In this document: piece after piece, positions 56,129 through 64,000 of the stretch | Position numbering within the stretch: the stretch's first letter is position 1 | Layout of the letters: each line of letters begins with the position of its first letter | Assembly: GCA_963782415.1 (NCBI GenBank) | Contig: CAWAJT010000008.1 | Span: forward strand, 67,105 to 131,104 | Source: an uncultured Acidimicrobiaceae bacterium | GTDB lineage: Bacteria > Actinomycetota > Acidimicrobiia > Acidimicrobiales > RAAP-2 | DNA: 64,000 bases | Direction: 5' to 3' | Notes under the pieces: model-generated | What the model was told of the DNA's origin: nothing | Seen by the model: the letters and a program-made list of their open reading frames with translations, nothing else | Databases searched by the model: none | Position numbers and translations under genes: made by a program

Positions 56129-57172
56129 TCAGCCACGCGCGACCAGGTTGACGGCGACGGAGATGACGGCGAGCACCAGTGCAAGTTCGGCCAGCGTGGC
56201 CACGGCGAAGCCCGTCCCGTCGGTCAACGCCCCGTCGAGTTGCTGAAGGATGGTGGCAGCCACCGTCGTGAACGGGAGGTAGACGGTATGGGGGATCTGC
56301 AGCGATGTGCCGCCGATCATGGCGATGGCGATGGTCTCGCCGAGCGCCCTGCCGAGGCCGAGGACGGTGGCGCCGATGATGCCCGAGCGCACCCAGGGGA
56401 GGGTCACCTTGTTGGATACCTCCCAGTCGGTCATGCCCAGGGCAAGCGCCCCCTCTTTGGGGAGCGGCGGTACCTGCATGAAGAGATCGCGGGTGGTTGA
56501 GGTGATGATGGGTACGATCATCAGGGCCAGGACGAGGGCGGCTGACAAGAGCCCCTCCCCGTGGCCCACCGGGTTGCGAAAGTACCTGAGCACCGGTACG
56601 TCGGGCATATGGTCGGCGATGACCGGGTAGACGTGCTGGGCCAACCAGGGGCCGAATGTGAGGATGCCCCAGAGGCCGAGCACAACACTTGGGATGCCAG
56701 CCAGGATTTCGACGGTGACGCCCAGCGGCCGCGAGACCCAGGTCGGCATCCGCTCGGTCAGGGCGAAGGCGGCACCGACCGAGAGGGGCACCGCGATGAT
56801 GATCGCGATGATCGACGAGACGACGGTGCCCCAGATGATCGCCCAGGCCCCGAACTGGGCACCCATCTGGTGCGCCACCCCGTGGCTATGGACGACGGAG
56901 CCGTAGCCGTTGCCGTAGGTCCAGTTGCGCCCGTACAAGAAGTACCAGCCGTTGACTCGAATGGCCGGCCACGCCTTGACCGCCAGAACCGAGACCGCGA
57001 AGACCAGCGCGGCCAGGGGCATGACCACGGCCACCCACGCGGCGCCCCGCCACGCATGCTCTTCGTTCCGCCGGGCGAAGCTGCCGACCCGGCGCGGTAA
57101 CGGCGGCCTTCCGGTCGACTCCGCCTGCGGCGTGGCAGGGACTCGCCCCGCCACGCCGCCGACGGACGCCAT
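56129..57172 (-). CDS. pstC: phosphate ABC transporter permease PstC
   Basis: PstC pattern (EGALALGMTDWEVSNKVTLPWVRSGIIGATVLGLGRALGETIA). The ATG overlaps the pstS TAA (TAATG). Confidence 0.85.
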   Translation of the reverse strand: MASVGGVAGRVPATPQAESTGRPPLPRRVGSFARRNEEHAWRGAAWVAVVMPLAALVFAVSVLAVKAWPAIRVNGWYFLYGRNWTYGNGYGSVVHSHGVAHQMGAQFGAWAIIWGTVVSSIIAIIIAVPLSVGAAFALTERMPTWVSRPLGVTVEILAGIPSVVLGLWGILTFGPWLAQHVYPVIADHMPDVPVLRYFRNPVGHGEGLLSAALVLALMIVPIITSTTRDLFMQVPPLPKEGALALGMTDWEVSNKVTLPWVRSGIIGATVLGLGRALGETIAIAMIGGTSLQIPHTVYLPFTTVAATILQQLDGALTDGTGFAVATLAELALVLAVISVAVNLVARG

Positions 57173-58296
57173 TACTTGATGCCCAGGATCTGCTTGTCCG
57201 ACTGCGCCACGACCTTGGAGGGCAGCGCCAGGAAGTTGACCTGGGAGAGGTACGAGGAGCTCGCACCGTACTTCTTGTTGAGTGCCCACTCGAGCACGGA
57301 GCGGATGTTCTTGGCCGTCGACGACGACGACTGCTGGTTCGAGACGATGGCGTACTCGTAGTTGACGATCGGGTACCCGTTCTTGATGTTGCCGTAGATC
57401 AGCGAGATCGTCCCATTGGCCGGAGTCTTCTTCACGAAGCCGGCGGCCTCGGCTGCGATGGCGTCTTGGGTCGGCAGCACGTATTGCTTGTGGCCGTTTC
57501 CGAGCGAGGCGTATCCCTGGCCGTTCTGCAGCACCTGCTGGAGGTAGGAGATGCCGACGTAGGCGATGCAGCCGACCGTGGCCTTGCAGCCGCTCACCAT
57601 GCCCGAGTTGCCGTTCTCGCCGAGAGCGCCCGGCGCGGCCGGCCACGGCACGGTGGTGTTGTAGCCGACCTTGGCGCCCCAGCCCGAAGGATCGGCCTTG
57701 GACAGGTAGCTGGTCCACAGGAAGGTGTCACCCGAACTGTCCGAACGGTGCAGCGTGACGATCGGCGTGGCGGGCAGGGTCACGCCGGGGTTGGTGCTGG
57801 CGATGGCCGAGTCGTTCCACTTGGTGATCGTGCCCTGGTAGATCTCGGAGAGCACCTTGCCGCTCAACTTGAGGTGGGCCGTGACACCGGGGACGTTGTA
57901 CTCAGCGATCTGCGCCGAGATGACCAGCGGGATGTTCTTGAGGTGAGGGTTGGCTTGGACCACGCTCGGGGCGAGATACGCATCGGAGGCCCCGATGTCG
58001 ATGGTGCCGTTCTCGGCCTCGGAGATCCCTGTCCCCGACCCCGTCGACGCCGTCTGGACCGTCGTGCCCGGGTACTTCTCGGCGTAGCCGCCCGCCCACA
58101 GGTTGAACAGCGGGTAGAGCAAGCTGGACCCGGTCTCAGTGACAGTGCCGCCGGAGGGTGTCTCCACGCCGCTCTTGGGCAGCTTCGTGCTCGCCGATGC
58201 GGCCGTGCTGAGGACGACGGAACTCAGGACGAAGCCTGCCGCGGCAACAGCGAGCGCCCCTCGCTTCAGTCGCGTCGTTCTCATCAAATTTGTCAC
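57172..58296 (-). CDS. pstS: phosphate ABC transporter substrate-binding protein PstS
   Basis: PstS fold with an N-terminal signal; GTG 58296 after AAGGAGAG. Confidence 0.85.
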   Translation of the reverse strand: MTNLMRTTRLKRGALAVAAAGFVLSSVVLSTAASASTKLPKSGVETPSGGTVTETGSSLLYPLFNLWAGGYAEKYPGTTVQTASTGSGTGISEAENGTIDIGASDAYLAPSVVQANPHLKNIPLVISAQIAEYNVPGVTAHLKLSGKVLSEIYQGTITKWNDSAIASTNPGVTLPATPIVTLHRSDSSGDTFLWTSYLSKADPSGWGAKVGYNTTVPWPAAPGALGENGNSGMVSGCKATVGCIAYVGISYLQQVLQNGQGYASLGNGHKQYVLPTQDAIAAEAAGFVKKTPANGTISLIYGNIKNGYPIVNYEYAIVSNQQSSSSTAKNIRSVLEWALNKKYGASSSYLSQVNFLALPSKVVAQSDKQILGIK

Positions 58297-58311
58297 AGAT
58301 TCTCTCCTTGT

Positions 58312-58346
58312 GATGTGGGTTTGGTTGGTGAAGCTCTGGTGATTCG
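58312..58346 (-). promoter_or_regulatory. PHO-box-like phased 11-nt direct repeats (TCACC cores) upstream of pstS
   Basis: Minus-strand read AATCACCAGAG|CTTCACCAACC|AAACCCACATC, immediately 5' of the pstS RBS. Confidence 0.4.
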
Positions 58347-58405
58347 CTGATGCGGCCGTCGTTGTCGATGGACTCGGCGTTGTCGAGTCGCGCCAGTCCT
58401 GCCGC

Positions 58406-59206
58406 CTAGCCCATCCGTCCCGTGACGTAACGCTCGGTGTCCCGATGCGTCGGCCTGTTGAACAGGTCGTCGGTCGCTCCGTACTCGACGAGCGCCCCCT
58501 GATAGAAGAACATCGTTTGATGCGAGACCCGCATCGCCTGGCCCAGGTTGTGCGTCACGACGATCAAGGTGAGCGCAGGGGTCAGGGTCTTGAGAAGTGC
58601 CTCAATCGACTCCGTGGTGACGGGGTCGAGCGACGAGGTCGGCTCGTCGAGCAGCAGCACCTCTGGTCCGACCGCAAGGGCGCGTGCCAAGCAGAGCAGT
58701 TGTTGCTGTCCGCCCGAAAGGCGAAACGGCGAATCGTGCAGACGGTCCTTGACGGCGTCCCACAAGCCGACCTCAGTGAGCCGGCGCTCGCACACGACGT
58801 CGAGCTGCTTGCCCTTAGCGATCCGGTGTGCCTTGACCCCTGCGACCACGTTGTCCCTGATCGACATCGGGAAGGGGTTCGGCCGCTGGAACAACATGCC
58901 CACCCGTCTGCGCAATGTCAACAAGTCCACGTGCTGCGCCCACAGGCTCTCGTCGTCGAGAGTGATGTCGCCGCCGCGCATGAAACCCGGTACACGGTCG
59001 TTCATCCGGTTCAGTGTCCGCAGGAACGTCGACTTACCCGATCCCGTTGGCCCGATGAGCGCCGTGATCGAACCACGCTTGAGGTCCACGTTGATGTCAT
59101 TGAGCACGGTGCGGCCCGAGAATCCCAGACTCGAAATTGACGGATCGCATGACGCATTCCGGGCGGGACGCGTCAGGATCGAGAGCCTGAAGCGCCCTGT
59201 CGACAT
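58406..59206 (-). CDS. pstB: phosphate import ATP-binding protein PstB
   Basis: Walker A GPTGSGKST, LSGGQQQ, and Walker B LLLDEPTS. Located upstream of pstS, as in the mycobacterial pstB-pstS-pstC-pstA order. Confidence 0.85.
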   Translation of the reverse strand: MSTGRFRLSILTRPARNASCDPSISSLGFSGRTVLNDINVDLKRGSITALIGPTGSGKSTFLRTLNRMNDRVPGFMRGGDITLDDESLWAQHVDLLTLRRRVGMLFQRPNPFPMSIRDNVVAGVKAHRIAKGKQLDVVCERRLTEVGLWDAVKDRLHDSPFRLSGGQQQLLCLARALAVGPEVLLLDEPTSSLDPVTTESIEALLKTLTPALTLIVVTHNLGQAMRVSHQTMFFYQGALVEYGATDDLFNRPTHRDTERYVTGRMG

Positions 59207-59290
59207 CGGACTGCGCTCCGGTCGTAACGGGATTGAGACTTGCTTGGGTGATGTCTGCTTCGGTCACTACCAGGGAAGGTAGCCAGGCAA

Positions 59291-59340
59291 GGTGAACGCC
59301 ACGCAACAACAGCGCTATCTCGAGGTGAACAGTTGGTAAG
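59291..59340 (-). promoter_or_regulatory. PHO-box-like GTTCACC direct repeats exactly 33 nt (3 x 11) apart, upstream of pstB
   Basis: ggtgaac occurs at 59291 and 59324 on the + strand (GTTCACC on the coding strand), 85-134 nt 5' of the pstB start. Confidence 0.4.
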
Positions 59341-59386
59341 TTCGAGTTATCTCTGCAAAGTGCTGAGAATCAACGGGATCCGATTG

Positions 59387-60293
59387 TCAGCCTTGGAGGA
59401 CGCCAGACCGCTCCGTGGGGTGCGTCATGGCCTCTTCGTGTGCGGCGGCGATGCCCGACACCACGCCGGGCGCCCAGGCGATGACGGCGAGAGACGCCAG
59501 GGCGGCGGGGATGGAGAGAATGAGCGCCGGACCCGTCGAGACCAGTGCCGTGATGGAGGCCGCCAGCGTGAGGAAGCCGGCACAGAGCAAAGCGATCCAC
59601 CACTGCAATACCCGCTGACGGTTGGGGTGGTCGGGAGGGAGGCAGTCACGCACGGCCAGGTACGGCATCCAGAGGTTGACGACCGGCACGAACCACGACC
59701 CGACGCCCCACGCCGGCGACGAGCCCGACGGGATGTCGAGTCGCGCGCGCCGCCGATGCCGCCCGGTGCTGCCAGATGCAGGCGAAGACGATGGCGACAA
59801 CGGTGAGCACGCCGACGAGGAGGCCCACCGGCGTCAGGGCGCTCCCTGGTTGGTGGTAGGGCGGCGGCGTGATCCCGTTCTGCGCGTCGTGCCAGTCGAT
59901 CCGCAACTGGTGGCCCGCAGAACGCAGCTGGTCCGCGTTGACTCGTTGGAGGAGCAGGACGACGATGAAGTACACCGCCGGCGCCGCGACCGCGACGCGC
60001 GCCAACGGCACGATGCTGCGCTCGACATCGAGCAATAGCGCCGCGTTGTGAGTGCTGAGCCGTTCCGATGCCACGGCCCAAGGCGCCACGTCCGACGGCG
60101 GTCCGACCGGTGCGGGAGCGCCGGCCCACGGCGGCGGGGGTGGCGGCGGTGCCGATTGCGGCAGCACGGTCGCCTCCGTCCAGGCGTAGCCGTCCCACCA
60201 GCGCTGACCCGGGCCCCCTGCCGGGTCCTGGTACCACCCCGGGGGTGCACCCGGGTAGCCGGTGTGCTCGCTCACCCGTCCATCCTGCCCCAT
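59387..60293 (-). CDS. DUF2510 + Pro-rich linker + DUF4328 membrane protein; 1-nt frameshift near 59750
   Basis: N-terminal PPGWYQDPAGGPGQRWWDGYAWTE; C-terminal part in frame 59387..59800 carries the DUF4328 motif GSWFVPVVNLWMPY. The junction lies in the gcggcgcgcgcg run. Confidence 0.55.
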
Positions 60294-60361
60294 CGACGAC
60301 CGCGGCCGGCACGACCGTTCGGACCCTCCGTGGCCCGCCACGCTCAACAATCGACGGAGGC

Positions 60362-60709
60362 TCAGGTATCGATCGCCGCTCGGAGCTCGGCGAGACGATC
60401 ACGGTTCAGTGAGTACCAGACCCACTTGCCTCGACGATCGCCCCGGACAAGACCGGCATCACTGAGGACCTTGAGGTGGTGCGACACCGTGGGCTGGCTC
60501 TTGGCCAAAGGCTCGACAAACTCACAGACACAGACCTCGCCATCGGGTGCCGCCGCCAGAATGCTGAGTACCCGAAGTCGGACGGGGTCAGCCAGCGCAG
60601 CGAAACCGCCTGCCAGCTCGGCGGCACCGGCGGCGTCGAGCGGTGCGGCCAGGACGGATGCACAGCACTCTGGCGGCCGGGTCTTGGTCGCAACTGCCTG
60701 CTTGCTCAT
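60362..60709 (-). CDS. arsR: ArsR/SmtB-family metalloregulator
   Basis: HTH with ELCVCEF-like metal site (GEVCVCEFVEPLAKSQPTVSHHLKVL). ATG 60709 after AAGGTGGG. Confidence 0.85.
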   Translation of the reverse strand: MSKQAVATKTRPPECCASVLAAPLDAAGAAELAGGFAALADPVRLRVLSILAAAPDGEVCVCEFVEPLAKSQPTVSHHLKVLSDAGLVRGDRRGKWVWYSLNRDRLAELRAAIDT

Positions 60710-60731
60710 GGGGCCACCCACCTTTACATTG

Positions 60732-60781
60732 ACATCTATAGATATATCCGCCAGACTCGATACATCGACTGAGATCGATAC
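60732..60781. promoter_or_regulatory. AT-rich divergent promoter with palindrome ATCTATAGAT and TCGAT/ATCGA inverted repeats (ArsR operator candidate)
   Basis: ATCTATAGAT (60734-60743) is a perfect palindrome. TCGATACATCGA...ATCGATAC repeats follow, in the only low-GC 70-bp stretch of the region. Confidence 0.4.
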
Positions 60782-60795
60782 TACAGGAGGTCACC

Positions 60796-61278
60796 ATGTC
60801 GAGGGTCCAACTCGCACTCAACGTCAGCGACATCGACGAAGCCGTTGCGTTCTACACCAAGCTCTTCGGGACCGGGCCGGCCAAGCGCCAGCCGGGCTAC
60901 GCCAACTTCGCCGTGGCCGATCCACCGCTGAAGCTGGTGCTGATGGAGGACCCGAGTGCTCGCGGGCACGGGACGATGAGCGCCCTCAATCATCTCGGTG
61001 TCGAGGTCGAGACGCCCGCCGAGGTGGCAAAGGCTACGGGACGCCTGAACAGCACGGGCATCGAGACCGAGGTCCAAGAGCAGACCACCTGTTGCTATGC
61101 GGTGCAGGACAAGGTGTGGGTGAACGACCCCGACGGCGCTCCTTGGGAGGTCTACACCGTCCTCGCTGATGCTCCGGCCGAGACCGGCATCGCCGGAGAC
61201 GGGACATGTTGCGTTCCCGAGGCGGTCGGTGAGCCCGTAAACGTGGGAGCCATGAAAGCCGGCTCGTCCTGCTGTTGA
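60796..61278 (+). CDS. VOC/glyoxalase-family protein with vicinal cysteine pairs (ArsI C-As lyase-like / CadI-like)
   Basis: Glyoxalase fold; vicinal CC at residues 98-99 (TTCCYAV) as in ArsI Cys96-Cys97, plus C-terminal GTCC...SSCC; first gene of the ars operon. Confidence 0.6.
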   Translation: MSRVQLALNVSDIDEAVAFYTKLFGTGPAKRQPGYANFAVADPPLKLVLMEDPSARGHGTMSALNHLGVEVETPAEVAKATGRLNSTGIETEVQEQTTCCYAVQDKVWVNDPDGAPWEVYTVLADAPAETGIAGDGTCCVPEAVGEPVNVGAMKAGSSCC

Positions 61279-61308
61279 GGTCGTAAGGGCATCGGGGGAT
61301 CGGGTGTC

Positions 61309-62043
61309 GTGAGGGACACCGTGCTGTGGCGGCGCCTGCTCGCGGAGTTCTCGGGCAGCGCCTTCTTGGCCGCCATCGTCATCGGCTCGGGCATTGCCGC
61401 GGAGAATTTCTCGCCCGGCGATGTCGGCCTGCAGCTCTTCGAGAACGCAGCGGCAACAGCGGCCGGCCTCTTCGCCATCATCTTGATGTTCGGGCCGATC
61501 TCGGGCGGCCACTTCAATCCGATCGTCTCCTTCGTCGATGCCGGCTTCGGGGGGCTCAAGTGGAAGGACGCCGCCGCCTACCTCCCGTTCCAGACGCTGG
61601 GATGCATCTGCGGCGCCGTTCTCGCCAATGCGATGTTCTCTGAGGCCGCCATCTCCATCTCGACCAAACACCGTGCCTCGGGCCCCCACTGGCTTTCCGA
61701 GGTCGTGGCCACGGTGGGTCTGCTGCTGGTGATCTTCGCCCTGGCCCGCTCGGGGCGCTCCCACCTCGCCCCGGCCGCGGTGGGCGCCTTCATCGGTGCT
61801 GCCTACTTCTTCACGAGTTCGACGAGCTTTGCCAATCCGGCCATCACGGTAGGGCGCATGTTCTCCAACACCTTCGCCGGCATCGCCCCGTCGTCGGTCC
61901 CGAGCTTCATCTCTGCCCAGATCGTCGGTGGCGCGTTGGCGTTCGGCCTCATCAGGGGCCTGTATCCCGGCATGACCAAGGCTGAAGCGGCGGACGTCAT
62001 CGAACCGCACCTGCGCGGCAAGAACGATCTCGAGACCCGCTGA
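61309..62043 (+). CDS. MIP-family aquaglyceroporin (AqpS/GlpF-like putative arsenite channel)
   Basis: Two NPA-type boxes (GHFNPIVSF = NPI; NPAITVGR = NPA) and six TM helices; GTG 61309. Confidence 0.8.
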   Translation: MRDTVLWRRLLAEFSGSAFLAAIVIGSGIAAENFSPGDVGLQLFENAAATAAGLFAIILMFGPISGGHFNPIVSFVDAGFGGLKWKDAAAYLPFQTLGCICGAVLANAMFSEAAISISTKHRASGPHWLSEVVATVGLLLVIFALARSGRSHLAPAAVGAFIGAAYFFTSSTSFANPAITVGRMFSNTFAGIAPSSVPSFISAQIVGGALAFGLIRGLYPGMTKAEAADVIEPHLRGKNDLETR

Positions 62044-62067
62044 TCTCGAAACATCGAAAGGACACAT

Positions 62068-62396
62068 ATGCACCTCGTAGCCATCGGAGGCAGTGACGCC
62101 GGCATCAGCGCGGCGTTGCGGGCGCGCGAGCTCGATCCCACCACCGAGGTGACCGTCGTCGTGGCCGACGCCTACCCCAACTTCTCCATTTGCGGCATCC
62201 CGTATTACGTCTCGGGCGAGGTCACCCAGTGGCGAAGCGCATCGACATCGCGGCCGCAGCCATCTTCAACGAGATGACCATCGATGCCGTGAGCGAGCTC
62301 GATCTCTCCTACACGCCCCCGCTCGGCAGCCCCTGGGACGCGGTCCAAATGGGGGCCCAGGTTTGGGTTCGAGAACAGAGATCAAGCGACAACTGA
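62068..62396 (+). pseudogene. remnant of a pyridine nucleotide-disulfide oxidoreductase (CoA-disulfide reductase/NADH oxidase-like) with a large internal deletion
   Basis: ORF 62068..62277 encodes only the N-terminal FAD motif (MHLVAIGGSDAGISAALRAR). ORF 62190..62396 encodes only the C-terminal dimerisation tail (IDAVSELDLSYTPPLGSPWDAVQMGAQ). About 350 aa of the middle are missing. Confidence 0.6.
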
Positions 62397-62453
62397 CGAG
62401 CAGCAAGCGCCGGTCTCGGGATGTGAGGGGCCGCTGGAGCGAAAGGGGAAAAC

Positions 62454-63095
62454 ATGCGTGAAACCGAGCTCATGACACCGGAGCAGAGAACGCAGCTGAA
62501 CCACGTGATCAAGCAGCTCCACACGAAGTTCCACGGAGTCTTCAACTTCGAGTCCGTCGAGGCCTTCGTGTTCGAGAGCTACGACGAAATCGCCAGGAGG
62601 GCGACCGTCACGACGTGGCTGGTCGCGACGGCGGAAAAGTATGCCCTGCAACGTCTCGAGGCGCTGGCCCACTCAAGGGACGACGCCGAAAAGAGCGTGC
62701 CGGCCGTGCTCTTCCTCTGCGTCCACAATGCCGGGCGCTCCCAGATGGCGCTCGGTTGGTTCAACTACCTGGCGGCCGGCCGTGCGGTCGCCTGGTCCGG
62801 TGGGTCGGAGCCAGGATCTGAGCTCAACCCCGACGTGGTCAAGGCGATGGCGGAGGTCGGGATCGACATATCTCGGGAATTCCCGAAGCCCTGGACCGAT
62901 GAGTTTCTCGAGGCAGCCGATGTCGTGGTGACCATGGGCTGCGGTGACTCCTGCCCGCTGGTGCCTGGCAAGCGCTACGAAGACTGGGAACTCGAAGATC
63001 CGACCGAGCAGACGCTCCAGGAGATCCGGCCCATTCGAGATGCAGTCAGGGATCGCGTCGAGTCGCTGCTCTTGGAAATCCTCCCAACGAACTGA
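62454..63095 (+). CDS. arsC: LMW-PTP-family arsenate reductase ArsC with an ~85-aa unrecognised N-terminal extension
   Basis: CX5R P-loop LFLCVHNAGRSQMA plus downstream Cys/Asp (TMGCGDSCP); N-terminal helical domain MRETELMTPEQRTQLNHVIKQLHTKFHGVFNFESVEAFVFESYDEIARRA of unknown family. Confidence 0.75.
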   Translation: MRETELMTPEQRTQLNHVIKQLHTKFHGVFNFESVEAFVFESYDEIARRATVTTWLVATAEKYALQRLEALAHSRDDAEKSVPAVLFLCVHNAGRSQMALGWFNYLAAGRAVAWSGGSEPGSELNPDVVKAMAEVGIDISREFPKPWTDEFLEAADVVVTMGCGDSCPLVPGKRYEDWELEDPTEQTLQEIRPIRDAVRDRVESLLLEILPTN

Positions 63096-63189
63096 AGGGT
63101 CTCTTCTCCCTGCGCTTCTTCGGAGCGACAGGGAGCGGAGGCAGCACAGGTATCGCGAACATCCGAGGTGGCGTTCCGGACGACCTCGT

Positions 63190-64000
63190 CTACAGGAGCA
63201 TCGCCGCCATCTCCTCGAGCGCCGCAATGTGCGCGTCGGTATCGGGGAGGTCGGAGTGCATGGTGTTGAGCGACAGGTGGCTCGCGCCGGCCGTCCGCCA
63301 GCGGCGGGCGTGCTCGGCGATGGTGTCGTGGTCCCGCACCGAGTACTCCAGGCGGCCCTCGAATTCCAAGTTCGACACGTCGCGTCCCACCTCCGCCGCA
63401 CCCTCGCGAATGAGCTCGAGCGCAGCGTCGAGCCCGCCTCCCGGTCGGACCATTGGGAACCAGCCATCGGCGATGCGCCCCACCCGCCGCAGCGCGGCCG
63501 GGGCGTGGCCTCCGATCCAGATCGGAATGGGGCGCTGGACCGGCAACGGGGCCAATCCGGACGCCCGGATGTGGTGATAGCGGCCATCCAGGGTGACGCT
63601 GCGCTCGGTCCACAACGCGCGCAGCACCGCCACCTGTTCTTCGAGTATGTCGGCGCGCTCGTCGAAGGGCATGCCGAGGGCGTCGTACTCGAGCTTGTTC
63701 CAGCCGATGCCCAGTCCGAGGCGGAAGCGCCCGCCGCACAGCATGTCGACCTCCGCCGCCTGCTTGGCCAGCAGGGCCGTCTGGCGCTGGGGTCCGATGA
63801 GGATGGATGTGGCGAACGCGAGGTCGGTGCACCCGGCCAGGTAGGCGAACATCGTCAGCGGCTCACGGAACGTACTGTCGATCGTGTAAGGGCCGCCGAG
63901 CTCACCGAGCACTGCGGTGTCGCCGCCGAGGACGTGGTCGTAGGCGGCTAGGTGCGTGTAGCCCAGGTCGGCCACCGCCTGCCCGAGCGCGCGCACCGCA
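63190..64000 (-). CDS. LLM-class F420/flavin-dependent oxidoreductase (luciferase-like), 5'-partial at the window edge
   Basis: Luciferase-like TIM-barrel motifs; the N-terminus of typical family members (~30-60 aa) is missing, and the frame is open to the window end. Confidence 0.7.
   Translation of the reverse strand, partial: AVRALGQAVADLGYTHLAAYDHVLGGDTAVLGELGGPYTIDSTFREPLTMFAYLAGCTDLAFATSILIGPQRQTALLAKQAAEVDMLCGGRFRLGLGIGWNKLEYDALGMPFDERADILEEQVAVLRALWTERSVTLDGRYHHIRASGLAPLPVQRPIPIWIGGHAPAALRRVGRIADGWFPMVRPGGGLDAALELIREGAAEVGRDVSNLEFEGRLEYSVRDHDTIAEHARRWRTAGASHLSLNTMHSDLPDTDAHIAALEEMAAMLL

Noticed and set aside
1-64000. Mobile elements, prophage or defence islands
   Set aside because: No integrase, transposase, recombinase, terminase, restriction-modification or Cas-like domains were seen in any frame. 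The flanks of the accessory-looking 33.5-46 kb region show no direct repeats or tRNA.

Overview
High-GC (~70%) actinobacterial-type chromosomal window (Actinomycetota, possibly Acidimicrobiia-like) with dense, mostly metabolic and cell-envelope genes on both strands. No integrase, transposase, CRISPR array or rRNA was seen. No tRNA was found in the short intergenic gaps, although that manual scan was not exhaustive. Many long ORFs in the six-frame track are GC-rich alternative-frame artefacts.

Main content in order:
- a Baeyer-Villiger-type flavin monooxygenase, an amidohydrolase-2 protein and a HIBADH-like dehydrogenase;
- a divergent Liv-type ABC importer with a fused LivH-LivM-LivG polypeptide plus LivF;
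- a secreted GH43-like protein with six 42-aa tandem repeats;
- a LysR regulator next to an Ltp2-type thiolase/DUF35 pair, a phosphoesterase with a duplicated C-terminal domain, and an acyl-CoA synthetase, acyl-CoA dehydrogenases and a TauD dioxygenase;
- TetR/MarR regulators with an MFS pump, a PlsC-like acyltransferase, an esterase, and a membrane PAS-GGDEF-EAL protein;
- a family-1 encapsulin shell gene preceded by an encapsulated-ferritin (EncFtn) cargo gene carrying the canonical C-terminal targeting peptide. This operon is hidden inside an 888-aa run-on ORF that also spans an NhaP-type antiporter;
- a 13-kb neighbourhood rich in small PLDc_N/SHOCT membrane proteins, a LPG-synthase-TM flippase-like protein, a GH29 fucosidase, GAP, DUF302, DUF2252 and a large GT-C-like membrane protein;
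- a TetR-cytochrome P450 pair, a YdbS/YdbT PH-domain pair, SDR/M20/ACAD genes, a pstB-pstS-pstC-pstA operon with PHO-box-like repeats, and an ars locus (ArsR, an ArsI/CadI-like VOC protein with vicinal cysteines, an aquaglyceroporin, a decayed disulfide-oxidoreductase remnant, and ArsC with an unusual N-terminal extension).

At least five genes show single-nucleotide frameshifts in G/C runs, and the antiporter 3' end is a possible sixth. This suggests assembly indel errors or widespread pseudogenisation. Several intergenic regions carry short 13-23 bp perfect tandem repeats and operator-like palindromes.
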